Assembly (NCBI GenBank): GCA_964291405.2
Contig: OZ219926.1
Span: 2,624,001-2,688,000, forward strand
Direction of reading: 5' to 3'
Length of the DNA: 64,000 nt
Source of the DNA: Thermodesulfobacteriota bacterium
Lineage (GTDB): Bacteria > Desulfobacterota > Binatia > Bin18
Shown here: positions 61,339-64,000 of the stretch, piece after piece
Position numbering within the stretch: position 1 is the first letter of the stretch
Layout: every line of letters starts with the position of its first letter
Position numbers and translations under genes: made by a program
Notes under the pieces: model-generated
Databases searched by the model: none
Told to the model about the DNA's origin: nothing
What the model saw: only the letters and a program-made list of their open reading frames with translations

Positions 61339-61851
61339 ATGAAACGGAGCATAGGCATAACGATTAACGGTGAAGTCTATGAGGAGACGGTTGACCAGCG
61401 CCTCTTGCTGGTTGACTTCATTCGCGAGGTAGCGGGACTGACCGGGACGCATGTCGGCTGCTCGGTTGAAGGGCGCTGCGGGGCGTGTACGGTGATTCTG
61501 AACGGCAAGGCCGTCAAGGCGTGTCTGCTGTTGGCGGTTCAGGCGGATGGAGCCAGCGTGCTGACTATCGAGGGCCTGGCGAGAGATGATGCGCTCCATC
61601 CCATTCAAGAGGGATTCTGGGAAAAGCACGGCTTGCAGTGCGGGTTTTGCACGCCCGGCTTGCTGATGACCCTGTACGAATTTCTCCAGAACCCCAAGCA
61701 TTCGGACGAAGAAATCCGTACCGCCATGTCGGGGGTTATCTGTCGCTGTACTGGCTATGTCCATATCGTTGAGGCGGTCAAGCACGCCATCGCCACGGTC
61801 GAGGCGCTGTCGCCAGAAGAGCGCAAAGAGTGGTTTACCCATTCCGTGTAG
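61339..61851 (+). CDS. Xanthine dehydrogenase family 2Fe-2S subunit (CoxS-like)
   Basis: GC....CGACTV...C and QCGFCTPG...CRCTGY. Confidence 0.93.
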   Translation: MKRSIGITINGEVYEETVDQRLLLVDFIREVAGLTGTHVGCSVEGRCGACTVILNGKAVKACLLLAVQADGASVLTIEGLARDDALHPIQEGFWEKHGLQCGFCTPGLLMTLYEFLQNPKHSDEEIRTAMSGVICRCTGYVHIVEAVKHAIATVEALSPEERKEWFTHSV

Positions 61852-61890
61852 CGAATATTGCCGGTATACCCACAACACAGGGAGCGCGTC

Positions 61891-64000
61891 ATGGCTACTG
61901 CAAACGCCTGGGTCGGACAATCCATTAAACGCAAGGAAGATCGCCGTTTATTAGTTGGGGACGGACAATACCTGCCTGATATCGTCCTGCCACGCATGGT
62001 CGTTATGGGCTTTGTGCGCAGCATCTACGCGCATGCGAAAATCACGTCTATAGATGCCGCTCAGGCGACTGCCCTGCCTGGCGTGCGAGCCGTGCTCACT
62101 GGCGCCGATGTCAAACACCTTGGGTCGGTGCTGTCGGACATGAGCACGCCGAATCTGCCCGGCGAGACCAAACGGCCGGTCTTTTGGCCGCTGTCGATTG
62201 ACGAGGTGAAATACGTCGGCGATCCGCTGGCCGTTGTGGTCGCCCGCGATAAATACACCCTCGAAGATGCGATTGAGCTGGTCGACGTTGAGTATGATCC
62301 GCTCGATATCGTAATCGATCCCGAGCATGCCCTCCAAGCCGACGCGCCGCGTCTCTATCCTGACTGGGGCGACAACGTACTCTACCACCAGCATATTCCT
62401 GCCGGCGATCCCGACGCGGCCTTTGCCCAGGCGGACCTGGTTATCAAAGAACGTTTTCGGTGCCACCGTACCGGCGGCCAGCCCATGGAGACCCGTGGCT
62501 GCCTGGCAGTGTATAACCCAGGCGAGGGGCTGACCTTGTGGCTGACCACGCAGCGCCCGCACATCAAACGCCACTTGCTTGCCGAATACCTCAACCTGCC
62601 ACACAGCCAGATGCGGGTGATTATGCCCAAAGACATGGGCGGCGCGTTTGGGACTAAGGCGCCACTCTATCGGGAAGAACTCATGGCCTGTCATTTGGCC
62701 ATGAAGCTCCGCCGACCGGTGAAATGGGTCGAGAACCGTCAAGAAAGTTTGATGAATGTGGGGCAGGGACGGGATCAGATTCATGAGCTTGAACTGGCCG
62801 TGAAGAAGGACGGCACCATTCTTGGTCTACGGGATCGGATTCTGGCCGATTGCGGCGATGCCCGGACGGCTATTTACGTCGGCTTTGCCATGCCCTTTTT
62901 GGGTGCGATGTACCTCATTAACGGCTACGACATCCCCAACGTGGATATCGATCTCACCTGTGTGGTGACCAATAAAGCCTGTCTTACGCCGAGTCGGGCG
63001 TTTGGTTCGTTTGCCGGACGTTTTGCGCTCGACCGGGCCGTTGAAATGGCCGCCCGCGCTCTGGAGATTGACCCGGTTGAGATTCGTCTCAAAAACGCGA
63101 TCAAGACCTTCCCGCACGTCTCAGCAGTTGGCGTACACGTAGACTCGGGAGACTTTCCCGGCTCGTTTGCCAAGGCGTGTGCCGCGCTGGATTACGACAA
63201 TTTTCGGCAAGAACAGTCCGAGGCATGGCAAAACGGACGTTATCTTGGCGTCGGCTTCAGCATGGGAGTGGAAATTTCCGGGGTTCCCTCAGAGGTGCTG
63301 GTCCCCATGGAACGCCAGCCCGGCTTTGGCGTGGCAACGGTCCAGTTCGACGCGCATGGCAAGGTCCAGGTGGCCGAAGGCGACTCGCCGCACGGCCAGG
63401 GGCATGAGACGACGATCGCCCAAGTCGTCGCCGGTGAACTCGGCCTGTCGCCGGAGGATATTTACGTCACATACGGTGACACGCATTCCGGTCCCTTTGC
63501 TGCGGGCACTATTGGCTCCCGCGGCGCTTCCTATACGCTCAGCGCCGCGGTGCTGGCCGCGCGTGCGTTGCGGCCCAAGATGGCCAATATTGCTGCCCAC
63601 CTGCTGCATATCGAAGCCGGCGAAGACGACTTTGTCTTTCGTGACGGACATGCCATTTTGACCAAAGACGAAAGCCAACGCGTGCCGATTGCCAAGATTG
63701 CCGAGGTAGCGCTGCTCTCCCCCACCGAACTGCCGCCCGGCATGGAGGCCGGCCTTGAACATACCTCCCATTTTGAAGCCGAGACTGCCGGCATGCATAG
63801 CTGCAACGTCCATGCGGCCCAGGTCGAAGTGTTTCCCGACACGGGGGAGTATAAAATTGTACGCTATGTTGCGGTGGATGACGCTGGGCAGCCCATTAAT
63901 CCCATGGTGGTTCGGGGCCAGATCCACGGCGGGGTGGCCATGGGGATAGGCAATGCGTGTATGGAAGAGTTCATCTACGACGAAAACGGCCAGCAACTCA
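61891..64000 (+). CDS. Xanthine dehydrogenase family molybdopterin-binding subunit (partial; not in ORF track)
   Basis: Manual reading: MATANAWVGQSIKRKEDRRLLVGDGQY, PMETRG, MGGAFGTK, PHGQGHET, GQIHGGVAMGIG; runs off the window. Confidence 0.93.
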   Translation, partial: MATANAWVGQSIKRKEDRRLLVGDGQYLPDIVLPRMVVMGFVRSIYAHAKITSIDAAQATALPGVRAVLTGADVKHLGSVLSDMSTPNLPGETKRPVFWPLSIDEVKYVGDPLAVVVARDKYTLEDAIELVDVEYDPLDIVIDPEHALQADAPRLYPDWGDNVLYHQHIPAGDPDAAFAQADLVIKERFRCHRTGGQPMETRGCLAVYNPGEGLTLWLTTQRPHIKRHLLAEYLNLPHSQMRVIMPKDMGGAFGTKAPLYREELMACHLAMKLRRPVKWVENRQESLMNVGQGRDQIHELELAVKKDGTILGLRDRILADCGDARTAIYVGFAMPFLGAMYLINGYDIPNVDIDLTCVVTNKACLTPSRAFGSFAGRFALDRAVEMAARALEIDPVEIRLKNAIKTFPHVSAVGVHVDSGDFPGSFAKACAALDYDNFRQEQSEAWQNGRYLGVGFSMGVEISGVPSEVLVPMERQPGFGVATVQFDAHGKVQVAEGDSPHGQGHETTIAQVVAGELGLSPEDIYVTYGDTHSGPFAAGTIGSRGASYTLSAAVLAARALRPKMANIAAHLLHIEAGEDDFVFRDGHAILTKDESQRVPIAKIAEVALLSPTELPPGMEAGLEHTSHFEAETAGMHSCNVHAAQVEVFPDTGEYKIVRYVAVDDAGQPINPMVVRGQIHGGVAMGIGNACMEEFIYDENGQQL

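Overview
GC-rich bacterial chromosomal segment, densely coding, with no rRNA, tRNA, CRISPR array or intact transposase that I can recognise. It holds a folD-gcvT-gcvH-gcvPA-gcvPB-uvrA run, alanine dehydrogenase, a secreted 906-aa LRR surface protein and many catabolic enzymes: three luciferase-like oxidoreductases, kynA plus a kynureninase-like gene, 2-aminophenol 1,6-dioxygenase amnBA with its semialdehyde dehydrogenase, a Rieske oxygenase, CoA transferases, a DUF35/thiolase pair and a xanthine-dehydrogenase-family molybdoenzyme. It also has two type II TA modules, an AAA/RloB-like defence pair, a type ISP R-M remnant and several REP-like palindromes. This gene mix resembles marine-sponge-associated bacteria, which is inference only. 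The two strongest observations are: (1) an ECF sigma factor whose overlapping downstream gene fuses a zinc anti-sigma motif, an active O6-alkylguanine-DNA alkyltransferase and an Ada-type Cys4 domain, a candidate sigma-based alkylation-sensing switch with an Atl gene nearby; (2) an AhpD/CMD-family gene split in the ORF track by an in-frame UGA in a CxxU position, followed by a SECIS-like hairpin, so a probable selenoprotein. All family calls come from motif recognition, not database searches.
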